A DNA stretch of 64,000 bases from Octopus bimaculoides (taxonomy: Eukaryota), in assembly GCF_001194135.2 (NCBI RefSeq), contig NC_068990.1, positions 62,734,836-62,798,835 on the forward strand, given 5' to 3'. Below the pieces are notes generated by a model. The model was not told where the DNA came from. It was given only the letters and a program-made list of their open reading frames with translations, and did no database searches. The position numbers were made by a program, and so were the translations under genes. Below, one piece after another: positions 1 through 11,982 of this stretch; within the stretch, counting starts at the first letter, position 1; the number at the start of each line of letters is the position of its first letter.

Positions 1-292
1 TTTCCCTTTTTAACTAACCAGCTAATTATAATATCTTTAAAAAAGAAATCTACATTCATTTACACTCCTGTTCACAATTATCAGTTCCACTTCGGTTTAA
101 TCACTGTGAGCAAAGTAAATTCTGTACCGAAGACGTATTTGCTTCCTGATTACATACAATACATACTACACACTAGCCTGCTAGCCTTGGCTATGTCAAG
201 ATGGATTTTTATGTATTCTTCTTCCCACTTGGATTTTAAATGTTGCCACAATTATAATATGTCTATTCTACTGTAATTTTTCTACATTTTTG

Positions 293-380
293 TGCAGCTG
301 AAGATTGCTCTACATATTGCATTTAATGTAATGCTTGCATTACTTAAATAAATGGAGTAGCATGAAACGTGCGTACTGCA
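293..380 (+). ncRNA. Type I hammerhead ribozyme-like motif (family A), probably from a PLE terminus
   Basis: Stem I TGCAG(293-297)/CTGCA(376-380); core CTGAAGA 298-304; stem II TGCT/AGCA around a long loop; GAAA 364-367; stem III AC-GTGC-GT; GTA cleavage triplet 373-375. Confidence 0.7.
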
Positions 381-554
381 GTCATCTTTAAAATCTGTGT
401 TGCTTATTTTAATTTTTTGATCACCTTGCTCTTAGAATGGTTTTTGGATAATACCATACTATAATCTGGTGCCTAAACATAAGTACCATATTCAATTTTG
501 AATCTAAATCTAAATCTTTTACTGAACTCATCTACAATACATACTCTCTAGAAT

Positions 555-735
555 AGGCACATGGCCTGAAATTTTGGCGAGATGGGACTAGTCGTTGATA
601 TCAACCCCAGTACTCAGCCCGTAGTGATGAAAGGCTAAAAGGCAAAGTCAACCTCGGTGGTATTTGAAACTCAAAGCACGGAAGAAGTCTCGCTAAATGT
701 TTTGTGCGGCGTGCTAACGATGCTGTCAGCTCGCC
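555..735 (-). mobile_element. Degenerate tRNA-derived SINE, family S2
   Basis: Reverse complement matches the S2 copy at 61538 (GCGAGCTG..ATCGTTAGCACGCC..GAGTTTCAAAT..CCGAGGTTGACTTTGCCTTT). Confidence 0.75.
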
Positions 736-739
736 TCGT

Positions 740-771
<32 letters not shown>

Positions 772-1191
772 AAAAGAATATCGTAAGGCATTCTACTGGA
801 CTTCGGACCTCTGACAACTATAAACGGATGTTTAGTTTTCTTGCGTCACTAAAATTTTCATAATTTCTGAAGATATAGGTATCTTCTCATTATATATAAC
901 AATACAGAATATCACCATTGAACTTAGGAACACCTGCTTCGTATTTATCTCATATCTTCATCACATTACTCCCAATTATGTTCTCATTCCTTTACATCAT
1001 TTGTCCTTTGCGTGCCAACTACTAGTCCGTCTTTAAATCCCTCTCCGATATTCTACCAGTATTTCTTGCGCTTCACAATTTTCCCCTTTCTATTCTCGTG
1101 TTAACAATAGCATTTTTTCTGATTACTGACAGGTACGATTGTAACGTATAAAGTGTGAAGGTTGATAAATCATACTTACCTGTAATAATAA

Positions 1192-2531
1192 CGCCGAGGA
1201 ACAAATTAAAACTTTCTTTCTTTCTTACTTTTTTTTTTTTTTTGGTGCCTTAGATTTTAGACGCGATTCTTGGTACATTCATGTTTTTGAGCAAAAATAT
1301 GACCTTCATTAAATTTCTAGCAGCTCTAGTTCTTTAAATAATTCACTTATCAAAACTGCAACAAATACAGATCAAGCCCAAATAGTCACTCAATCAAGAT
1401 AGATGAGCAGCAGGAAACAGTCGTCCTGGTCTTACATACGGTATCATACCACGATCACCAATGATTAATCTGCATGGATCTTAAGATAGTGAATTTTCCT
1501 GTGGGTCAGCAGAGTTGATAAACCGTGTATCCCTGCTTTGCCTGTTTCTGGCATAATATTTCTATGGATGAGCACTGGGTGAGAAAACACTGGCCCCTGA
1601 GAGTAAACATGGTCGTTGAAGAAAAGAATATAATCGCAGAAGTGGTGGACAGAGAAAAGATCATTTTACTACCTCTGCATCTCAGACTTGTTTTAATGAA
1701 ACAGTCTGAGAAGGTTTCGAATAAAGAAGGGGACTCATTTGAATACGTATATAAAAATTTCCACGTATATAAAAAATGATCATGGAGATGCTGAAGGTAA
1801 GTATTTTTGACGGGTCACAAATCAAGGAACTCATGGAAGGCCCATATTTTCAAGGATCAATGAACAATACTGAAACAGAGGAATGGTTTTCTTTCAATCT
1901 GATTGTAAGAAATTTTCTTGGCAACTATAAAGCAGATAACTACTCTGATCTGGTTGAAAACATGATCTCTTCTTTCAGTCAAATCGTCTGTAAATTGAGT
2001 GTCAAAGTACATTAGCTCCACAGTCACTTGGATCGTTTCTCAGACAATCTTGCTGACTTAAGTGATGAAGAGGGCGAACGATTCCACCAAGATTTAAAAT
2101 CTGTGGAAGAACTTTATTGTGGGTACTAAGATACTTATATGATGACGGATTACTGCAGGAGCATTCTACGTAATTCTATTGGGGCAGCTTACCACAGGAA
2201 GTCTCTGACACCACTTTCGTGCGACGTTTTAGTAAATGAACATTGTATCAGTGATAACTTTCTACGCTTGTTTGATTAATATCTGATTGTATGGATGTAA
2301 CTGAATCATAAACAAACATATTCCTCTTGTATGAAACCCTTTTCTTATCCAAAAGGCAACAACAATGATTTATAGTCATGATCCTTGTATCAGATCGGTT
2401 GTATGCATGGCAATAATGAGTGTAACATATCTCGATAACCAGAATTACTGATGACATATTTAGAACAAGAGACCAAAATTTAACTAGGAACAGTCTAATA
2501 TCTCAGGCACTAAATTCTGTGTTTGCCAGTG
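1192..2531 (+). mobile_element. Internally deleted Chapaev-like (CMC) DNA transposon with a disrupted DDE transposase (~1410-2180)
   Basis: Frames join into YHDHQxLICMDLKIVNFPVGQQ..YPCFACFW..HWVRKHWP..LPLHLRLVLMKQ..IFDGSQIKELM..NFLGNYKADNY..VHxLHSHLDRFSDNL..SDEEGERFHQD; right end TTTGCCAGTG (CACTG terminus); subterminal inverted match 1245-1262 vs 2493-2510. The superfamily call is from motif recall. Confidence 0.7.
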
Positions 2532-2539
2532 TATTTGCT

Positions 2540-3000
2540 ATACAATAGTAATAAGCAACGACGACAAAATTATTAGTGTCCCCAACAACAGTAACGCTAT
2601 TCTTAAAACAAGATGCTATTACTACTATCACTATTATACTAATGCTTTGCATACTGCTACATCATACATTACAATATCAAAAGCGTATACAACACCTTAC
2701 ACTGTCATCCAATTTATCCCACTTATTTTAGCACATTACTACTGCCACCAATACTTTTAAATAATGGTGCTAAAACCTCAACAATCTTCAATGACTGTCG
2801 TTACAAATATCGTAGATTTTACCAATTCTTCCACAGCCATAAGCATCACCACAATAATATCTCGCTCCTGATTCTCACCGCCAACACTAAAATTGCATTC
2901 GATTACTACTACTACTACTACTACGATGACGACCAAGAACAACAATACCACTAGAACCACCACCACCACCAACAACTACACCAATACCAGCAACTAGCCA
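2540..3000. repeat. Degenerate ACT/ACC/AAC trinucleotide low-complexity tract
   Basis: Runs such as ACTACTACT and ACCACCACC; explains the poly-Val ORF 2778-2975. Confidence 0.8.
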
Positions 3001-3019
3001 GCTAGGAAGCTTCTATGTA

Positions 3020-3220
3020 CTTTACTGATATGCTAGAAATAGCAGCCAAATCTTCTTCACTCACTCCCAAATGACTTACAAAAGGAGACACACTGGATAA
3101 TGTATTAATGTTGGGGGGGGGGGGGTCTCTGCAAATGAGAAAAAGTCAAAATTGTCACGGTTAGAATGTCTTTGATCACTGGTCTGTTCAATCAGGGTTG
3201 ACCTGGGGCTAAACAAGAAC
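3020..3220. repeat. Interspersed repeat (SINE-like; related copies at ~23520-23625 and, inverted, ~31040-31235)
   Basis: Shared motifs CTAGAAATAGCAGCCAAATC / GGCTGCTATTTCTAG and ACA(C/T)TGGATAATGTA across copies. Confidence 0.55.
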
Positions 3221-4116
3221 AGTAAAAATAACAACACGACTGGCAAACCCCAACAACATCTTAACCACCTCATCGACAGCCACCAAATTACTTCACCCTC
3301 TCGGCACATGACTTCATGGTGACTTTTTAATATTAAACGACCATATAAAGTAGCGGTCAATGTGGTGGCCTTTTAATGTTTTCCCTTCAATAAATTGAAA
3401 GATGTAGAGAACATAATAAGATAGAATATATTCGAGAATACCATACGACGCTATTCTTCGGTGAACGGTCTCACCTTTGGAAGTTGTCTTGCTCTGTTGA
3501 GCAGACTCATTGAAATTTCATTTGAAATAAGCTTCTGTCAATTGTGAGGCATATTTCAAGTCGACGCAGTTTGACAACTAATTCTACAGTAGAGAGTAGT
3601 CTCCATAGCTTGATTAGATATTGCTCTACCCCCCCTCTCTCTCTCTCTCTCTCACTGTATCAGTCTAACACATCTCAATAACTGTCTCTCTACCAGTCTG
3701 TATATCAACTTTATTGCTTCCCCGCTCCTTCTTCCTCTAACTGTCTCGTTGTTTCATTTACTGATATAATACTTCTGTCAGTGTATCAGTATATCATTTC
3801 TTCTGCCACACTCTTTATATGTCTCATTTTCTCACACGTTACTCACCTTCTCTCCTACTAACATCATATGCACGCACACTTACGCATATATATCTTCAAA
3901 TACCTACACATACGAACACTTTTTGGTTATTCTCGGAATAAATTATCCGCAGACTATGGAATATACTCAATACAGATAGTAGAGTAAAACATAGATACTA
4001 TAATAATGATATAAATAGGACGCATGTGTGTGTATGTGTGTGTATGTGTGTGTATGTGTGTGTATGTGTGTGTGTGTGTGTTTATGTGTGTGTGTGTGTG
4101 TGTGTTTGTATTTATA

Positions 4117-4553
4117 GACGCAGGAGTGGCTGTGTGGTATGAACTTTGCATGCCAACCTCATGATTCCAGGTTCAGTCACACTACGTGGCATCTTCGGCA
4201 AATTGTTTCAGCTACAGCGTCGGACCCATCAATACCTTGCGAGTGGATTTGGTGGATGGAAACTGAGAGAAGCCCTTGTATAATATATATAAGCATATAT
4301 GTATTATGAATGTATGTATATATAAGCGTGTGTATATGCGTGTCTGTCTTTGTGTCTGTCCCTCACCAACACTAGACAACTAGTATTGGTGCGTTTAAGT
4401 TCCTATTTGTTAGCAGTTCGGCAAAAGTAAGCGATAGAGTGTGTACCAGCTTTTATAAATAAAATTACTGGGGTTAACTTATTCAACTAAAAATTCTTCA
4501 AAGCGGTGCCCCTATTGGCCGTAGTCTATTGATTGAAACAAGCAAAACATGAC
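4117..4553 (+). mobile_element. tRNA-derived SINE, family S1, full length, diverged
   Basis: Head GCAGGAGTGGCTGTGTGGTA (A box), GGTTCAGTCAC (B-box-like), body GAGTGGATTTGG..GAAACTGA..GAAGCCC, internal TA/TG tract, tail GACTGAAACAAG-like. May correspond to a described Octopus OK/OR SINE (not verified). Confidence 0.85.
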
Positions 4554-4629
4554 AGGTATATATATATATATATATNNNNNNNNNNNNATATATACACATA
4601 TCATTTAATGTACACTGTATAAACATATG

Positions 4630-6069
4630 AACGACTAATAGTTTCTTGCTGTGAAGACACGTGTGGGAGTTACGATGGGAAGTTCTGTCTCAGCATCATT
4701 GGCTGATTTTGTCGGTATATATATCCTTTATGAGACAGTTGACCAATTCACAAACATCAATGGTAGTCTATACCGTGACGATTGTCTACTCTACCTTCAA
4801 AATGTTTCTAACCAGAAATTACAACGGGTTAAAAATGGGTTGATTAAATTTTTCCGAAACATGGGCTTAAGCATTGTTTTCGATGATGATATAACTAAAG
4901 CCAGCTTTTTGGCTATTACCCTTAACTTCCATAATGATTCATATTTCCCATACTATAAACCCTCAACTAATTAAAAATATATTAGCTCTTTCAGTAATCA
5001 TCCAAAGGCTATTACAAGGAATTTAGTTAGAAATATTTCACTTAGACATTCTAGATCATCTGCCAATATTGATACCTTCAACGATAAAGCCGAATTTTAT
5101 AATTCTGCCTTACTTAAAGCAGGCTATAAAGAAAAAAATTGCCTATATTAACCCTATTGACATTAATTCTACTTCTATTAATGAGGACATGAAAACACGT
5201 CATGACGGTAATAACAATATAAATTTTAGTTCGAATAACAACACTAAATCGAAAAATATAATTTTGCAGCGTAAGGGAGATAACCGTTCTTTAAGACCCT
5301 TTTTACATTATAAAAGTAAATATAGGACTTTTAAAGATAATTGCCCTAATAGCAAGGTATGTCCTAGTAAAACTGTTTGGTTAATAATTCCATATGGTAA
5401 GATGATCAAATCCAACCTCCCTTACTAGTTTTTTGAAGCTATAGATTTACCCCCAAAATTCAAGATACCATTCCATTATCAATTCACACCGAATTAGAAT
5501 AGGCTTTTCAAACACCAAAAACCTTTCACAAAACATCTCTTCGCATAACAATAAGCTGTTAAATACAAATCCACTTAATGAAAATAATAACATTAATATT
5601 ATTAACACTAGCCATTCTTTGGACAATAATAAAAACAATATTAGTATTTCTGATATAAATTCGAATCACATTCGTTTCCTTAGCAGTAATTCTAAGATTA
5701 GAAACTCTGTTTATCAATGTAAAATTACTTTCGGTTCTGATGTTTTTTGTTTTTTTTTACATGGGTAGTTCTTCATCTCAGTTGTTCAAAAGAACATATA
5801 ACCATTACTCTATATTTAGACATCAACAAACGCAACAATACTGGGCTTAGAAAATTAATTTGGCCTCTTTAGGAACATAATAAACAGTTTGATTTGGAAT
5901 GAAATATTCTATCTAGATCCCTTCTATATGATAAAGGTAAATCCTTTTGTCCGCTCTATAACGAAGAACAGTATCTCATTCTGTTCTCGGAGAATTCCTT
6001 TGTAAACACGTTTGAAACGCGTTTACCGTTGCAAACATTGGCAAAACATACCTTTAGTTCCTATAAGTA
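4630..6069 (+). pseudogene. Penelope-like retroelement ORF remnant: RT (3' half), linker and C-terminal GIY-YIG endonuclease
   Basis: VTMGS..YRDD..FLAITL..YKPSTNxKYISSFSNHP (RT domains 4-7 and thumb); WLIIPYGKMIKSNL (WFNPPY-like); NSVYQCKITF..YMGSS..FKRTYNHYSIFR..CPLYNEEQYLI (GIY-YIG); stops and frameshifts present. Confidence 0.88.
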
Positions 6070-6352
6070 ATATCTACTAATCTATAAAATTCGACTTTTA
6101 TCTGTCTTCTTACATTTTATTTCAACTACATATATCTGTTTACACGTCTTTTATGATTTATTTCCACTCACCTATCGCACTATAGTTCTCCACTCTTAAT
6201 TTTCTGTTAATTTCTTTCTTTCTCCTCCTTCTCTTTCTCTACATTGCCTCTGATGTTAATTTTTTTTTTAATAACTTTCCAGCGTTCCCTTCATTATATA
6301 CGCAGTAATCACATTCGGTTAAAATAGCTTATTGATGAGTTTTGTTTCTCTT

Positions 6353-6441
6353 TTTTCCCCGATGAAAAGATTACATTGTTTTACATCATTTTATTAACTC
6401 AGGAATTAAACCAGTGTTTTCTTCGAAACATATGTCGGAAG
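6353..6441 (+). ncRNA. Degenerate type I hammerhead in the 3' tail of the upstream PLE
   Basis: TTCC | CCGATGA | AAGA..TCTT | C GAAA | palindromic ACATATGT | C | GGAA; about 290 bp downstream of the GIY-YIG stop. Confidence 0.6.
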
Positions 6442-6544
6442 TATACAGATTTAAATCACACCAGCATTTAGCTCCATTTCCTAATTTATATATATATGCA
6501 TATATAATCGTATATATATTATAAACTTTGCACACGCCTCCCAA

Positions 6545-7140
<596 letters not shown>

Positions 7141-7506
7141 ATATGCACACACGCATATATATATGCATACATACACATAGTTATGCACATAAGCACATAT
7201 AAACACACACACACATTTGTGCACGCAAACACATGCACAAACACAAGCACACAAACACATAATCAGCTCAGCTGGAGATAAAATGGGATAATATATATGC
7301 TGATGAAGCCAAGTGAGGCAGGCAAATTCACAGCTGTTCACCTTTTGTCTTCAAGCAATCAGACTGTCTTTTCCTTAAAATCGTATCAATTTTGAAGAAT
7401 TCCTGGTTCTTAAGATTGTCTTCCCTTCTCATTTGTAGTTGGTACAAATTGCCACGAAGCCATGTCTTGAAGAAGAGACAGTTTCAATAAATCAAGAGTA
7501 TCATTT

Positions 7507-7961
7507 ATTTATCCCCACTTAAACGTGGATATTCTACTAGAGCAAGCTATACTGCAATAATTACCATGTGAGAAACTCTCATACAGGCTTTTAGTGCAAA
7601 ATGCAATTTTGTTTGTATCGCTAGCGGAGAGATAAATCCCTGTCATTATTATATATGCTATGCCTCTGTTGCTAATATAGTATATATTTTTAATAAGCTT
7701 ATTGGCTAATCGTGACACCTGCGCCTGTTCTGGGATTGTTTTTCTATGTATCGCCGGCAGGGAGACGAGTCACTGCTCTCTCTAGCGGTTGAGCGTCCAT
7801 CATTGACATGACCAAGCAAGATCGAAATCACGTGATCTGGTGGTCTCGGCGCTGAGAGGGCGGAGATCTATCTCCCCGCTAGAGATATAAACAAGTGTGC
7901 ATGGTAACTACCCCAGTAAAGTTCGTTCTGACAGAACATCTACGTTTAAGTGTGGATAAAT
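7507..7961. repeat. Inverted repeat (arms 7507-7640 and 7862-7961) around a GC-rich spacer with a hammerhead relic
   Basis: Reverse complement of the left arm aligns to the right arm with a ~34-nt deletion; a third copy lies at 23806-23913. Confidence 0.75.
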
Positions 7962-8750
7962 ATTACCTCTCGGAATCAATACTACTTCGGTCACTAATAT
8001 ATGTATTTCATCGTTTATGTTAATACACACCTTTGCGTTTTCGTTGTTTCATTACTTGTCGCTAGCGATTCTGAGTTATTTCTATTATATCATTTTGTGT
8101 GTGTGTAACATATAGAGTCGTTGATAACTGCACACACAACCGAAGCAGATCATCACTGACAAAAATGAATGAAAATCAGCAGTTCTTGAGAGGAAGAGAG
8201 AGAGGAAGAGAGAGAGGAAGAGAGGAAGANNNNNNNNNNNNNNNNNNNNNNNNNNNNNNNNNNNNNNNNNNNNNNNNNNNNNNNNNNNNNNNNNNNNNNN
8301 NNNNNNNNNNNNNNNNNNNNNNNNNNNNNNNNNNNNNNNNNNNNNNNNNNNNNNNNNNNNNNNNNNNNNNNNNNNNNNNNNNNNNNNNNNNNNNNNNNNN
8401 NNNNNNGAGAGAGGGGGAGAGAGAGGGGGAGAGAGAGAAAGAGGTGGGGGTAACAGGTAACAAAGGTTGATGACCGCTTTGCATCTTCCGAAATATATTC
8501 TGGAGAGATTGTATAGTTTTTGTAACCGCTAAAAATAAAATAGGATAAAATGAAATGAAATAAGAAATAAAAATAAAGTAAAATAGTAAGAAATGACACA
8601 AATAGCAGTAAATATTTTCAAGCATTTTGCTGTTTCCAACCAGTTAGAATATTTATGGACTTTTATCATCTAACAATAAAACCAGTTGACAACCGCATTT
8701 AAGCGCAATAACTGGTGATATTATGATGTTGCAAATGGACGTCAGAGCAT

Positions 8751-8838
8751 GTTGGTTTCAAATTTTGGCAAATGGTCAGCAATTTGGGGGGCCAAGGGTA
8801 AGTCGATTACATCCACCCCAGTATTCAAGTGGTACTTA
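8751..8838 (-). mobile_element. S2 SINE 3' fragment
   Basis: TTGGTTTCAAATTTTGGC..AAGTCGATTACATC.ACCCCAGT..GGTACTTA. Confidence 0.65.
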
Positions 8839-9253
8839 TGCAACTATTTATGAGAGTACAGTAAGTGATTTCTGAACAGAAGTTTGCTGTCATATACTAC
8901 AGAAGTTCGGTCCGTTGCTGGACAATATGTTTCCAAGCAGGATTACTTACTTCAAGCCAGGCTACATAAAGGGGTACATAAGTTACAAATAAGTCAACAG
9001 CCATCAATGATTCGTGGTTTATTTATCCCTTCTGCTTCTGTCTTGGTGATCTTGTACATATCACGGACACAGCTCCTCTTGATTTTTGTCTAATGCAGTA
9101 ATTAAAATTACTCCAGAAACATAGCAGTGTTCTCTGCAGTGTTCCCTGTAACTTAGCAGCAACCAATTACCGATGTAATCGCAAAAATGACCCGTATTAC
9201 ATCTCACACATATCTTGAAATATTCACTTGTTTGGATATGAAATACAAAATAT

Positions 9254-9442
9254 GTGACTGTGTGGTAAATAGCTTGCTTTCCAGTCACATGCTTCCGGGT
9301 TCAGTCCCACTGCGTGGCACCTTGGGTAAGTGTCTTCTACTATAGTCTCGGGACGACCAAAGCCTTGTGAGTGGATTTGGTAGACGGATACTGAAAGAAG
9401 CCCGTCGTATATGCATATATGTATGTATGTATGTATGCATTA

Positions 9443-9475
<33 letters not shown>

Positions 9476-9673
9476 TTGTCCTCCCAACATCACTCGACAA
9501 CCGATGCTGGTGTGTTTACGTCTCCTGCAACTTAGCAGTTCGGCAAAAGATACCGATAGAATAAGTACTAGGCTTACAAAGAATAAGTCCTGGACTCGAT
9601 TTCCTCGACTAAAGGTGGTGCTCCAGCATGACTGCAGTTAAATGAGTGAAACAAATAAAAGATTAAAAGAATG
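9254..9673 (+). mobile_element. S1 SINE, near full length
   Basis: GGGTTCAGTCCCACTGCGTGGCACCTTGGG..CAAAGCCTTGTGAGTGGATTTGGTAGACGG..GATAGAATAAGTACTAGGCTTACAAAGAATAAGTCC..GAAACAAATAAAAGA. Confidence 0.92.
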
Positions 9674-9720
9674 TATAAGCGCAAAACGAGAGAAAGGAAA
9701 AAAATTTGCGTTTATATATA

Positions 9721-10393
9721 CAGACTGTCCTCTTTTAACGACGAACCTATTTAACAACCATTCGGAGTTACGACGAACTTTACGAGCCGTCATTACATAT
9801 TTTACAAAATAGAACTTGAGGCGATGGATCCAAATTTTGAGCGATTTTCCAAGATGGAAAGGCAGACAACTGAACTTTTCCGATGTTATCGAGAAATTTA
9901 TGACGAAAAAAAGAAGATAACAAAGCAAATAACACTGACGGGATTTTTCATGCATTTTGATGTCAAAAATAAGTTGCTTTTGTAATCTTTATCCAAAGTA
10001 AAACAAAGTTATTATGTTCGAGTTTCCTTTAAACCTTTTTACCTTTTCTATATAATCCTGAGAAAAGTTTATTAGGCATCTTATGTACTGGGCCTGGAAT
10101 CACAAACATACTTATGATGTCTGAGCTACAATAATACAGTATTCATATCCTAACTTTTAAGGTTTTCCTTGTGATAATCTTACTGTTACTTATTCATTTT
10201 TCAACAATTTATGTTAGTGATTCTTGGCCCTGTACTGCATATACTTTATACAGTACGGTATTCTGTTTTTATATGTATGTACAGTACACTATAACTATAA
10301 AAAAAAATACATAGCCTATGAATATTCGTTTAACGACGAATTCGCTTAACGACGGGGCTGTTGGAACGTAACTCGGTCGTTAAATGAAGACAG

Positions 10394-10397
<4 letters not shown>
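9721..10397 (+). mobile_element. Tigger/pogo-type non-autonomous DNA transposon with both TIRs
   Basis: TIRs CAGACTGTCCTCTTTTAACGAC / GTCGTTAAATGAAGACAGTCTG, with TA on the left; internal C-terminal remnant MDPNFERFSKMERQ..CYREIYDEKKKITKQITLTGFF. Confidence 0.88.
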
Positions 10398-10448
<51 letters not shown>

Positions 10449-11809
10449 TGTGTATTTCATACCCAAACTATTATATTTAATATATTTAATGTATCTAATT
10501 TTTTCATCCGCATAATTGTCTCCATAGTTGCTCAACTCGATCCCTCATATAGCCATTCTTTACCTTGCGGAATCAATCCCCTGTAAAGACATCGGAGTCT
10601 AATTTTAAATATTTTGTGCACTACTAAGTGTCTTCTATACTGAGAATGTCTTGATTCAATCTAAAATTATATTAAAAAATAAATAGAACATGAGAATTTA
10701 TAAGATATAATGTGTAATTAAAATATATATATTTTTAATTGCACATTATATCTTATAAATACTTATATATTTTAAAAAAATAATTTTGCCTTTCTATATT
10801 ATTTTTATATATTTTTATGGTTTTTATAGCTTATAAATTTGTGATAATTTATACTTTTTTCATAAAATTCACTATATACTGTAATCTTATATTATTATAT
10901 TGTTTAATTATACATGATATTCATTATGTGATTATAGGACTAAATTTGTTTAAGTCTTGTATCTGAATGTACTCCTTTATATATTTAATATCTCTAATTT
11001 ATTTACCCTGTACATTAGATCTCATTTGTTACTATATCCTACCTTTACCCACCCATATTTGATGGGAATGGTTTTAATACCACTTTAATGTATACTATAA
11101 GTATCTATTTATATTATAAATAATTCCCTTATACGTTCATCATATATTTTAGCAGGATATTCTATACATTACATTTATGAAACTCTTAATATTTCTCTTA
11201 TATCATAAAGTATTCCCTTATTAAAATTTTAAGTATAACTTCTAGCCTTTATCTATATATTTAATTATATTTTGCTTTAAGATCATAATTATGATAAGTT
11301 ACAATGTGCTCCTTTCCTTATTCTCTAAACTCATCTTCCACCCCAAAGTATTATTAGCGCCACCTATCCGTCTTTCTTCCAATTATCAGCCCTTCCCCAC
11401 CAAGCATTCCCCTTTTTTACCACCGCAAGCTTTACCATTTCATGTAGACAAAGCCGGATATAAGGTTCCAGTAATTAGATAGACTAGTAGGTTGTCATGA
11501 TATTAATGAATTGTCTAGGATACAGCTACAACTCCCAAAAGATTTAATTTGGGATGATTGAAGATTACATTCCTTCTATTGTCTTCGAAGTGTAGGTAAC
11601 TAGGTCATTACTCTCAATTATTCATCTCCACCCCTACTATAACCTCTGCTAACCTCTAAATTCTAGTAGGTTCGACACTACAAGGACTATATTCTAAACT
11701 TATTCTGCCAAAGATAGAGCAGCAGAATCAAGGCAACTATTTGAGCTCCGTTGGTGATACGAATATGTTAAAGCAATTGGTTTGTCTTTTGTGTTTGAAG
11801 TCTATGCAG

Positions 11810-11892
11810 TCATCTGACGAAAACAGTTTCTTTGTATTGGTGCAATGTTTTCATTGATCAATTAAAGGAGTCACTTGAAACGGCCGTAATGA
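11810..11892 (+). ncRNA. Hammerhead-like motif, family A copy 2
   Basis: TCAT | CTGACGA | long loop homologous to 305-363 | GAAA | palindromic ACGGCCGT | A | ATGA. Confidence 0.6.
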
Positions 11893-11982
11893 ATTGACAC
11901 TTGTACATCTTTTATATCTATATTTATATTTCTTTTATATACATCGTTTATATATATCTTTTATATACATCTTTTATGTATA

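Noticed and set aside
3450-3560. Possible mariner WVPH-region fragment on the minus strand (a similar trace near 22610-22680)
   Set aside because: Too short and degenerate to support.
7296-7350. Hammerhead at CTGATGAAGCC..ACAGCTGTTC (similar relics near 51480-51550 and 58690-58710)
   Set aside because: GAAA or the core is missing or displaced, and stem I is not convincing.
10520-11700. Very AT-rich stretch with possible ancient LINE coding traces on the minus strand
   Set aside because: No diagnostic motif could be reconstructed.
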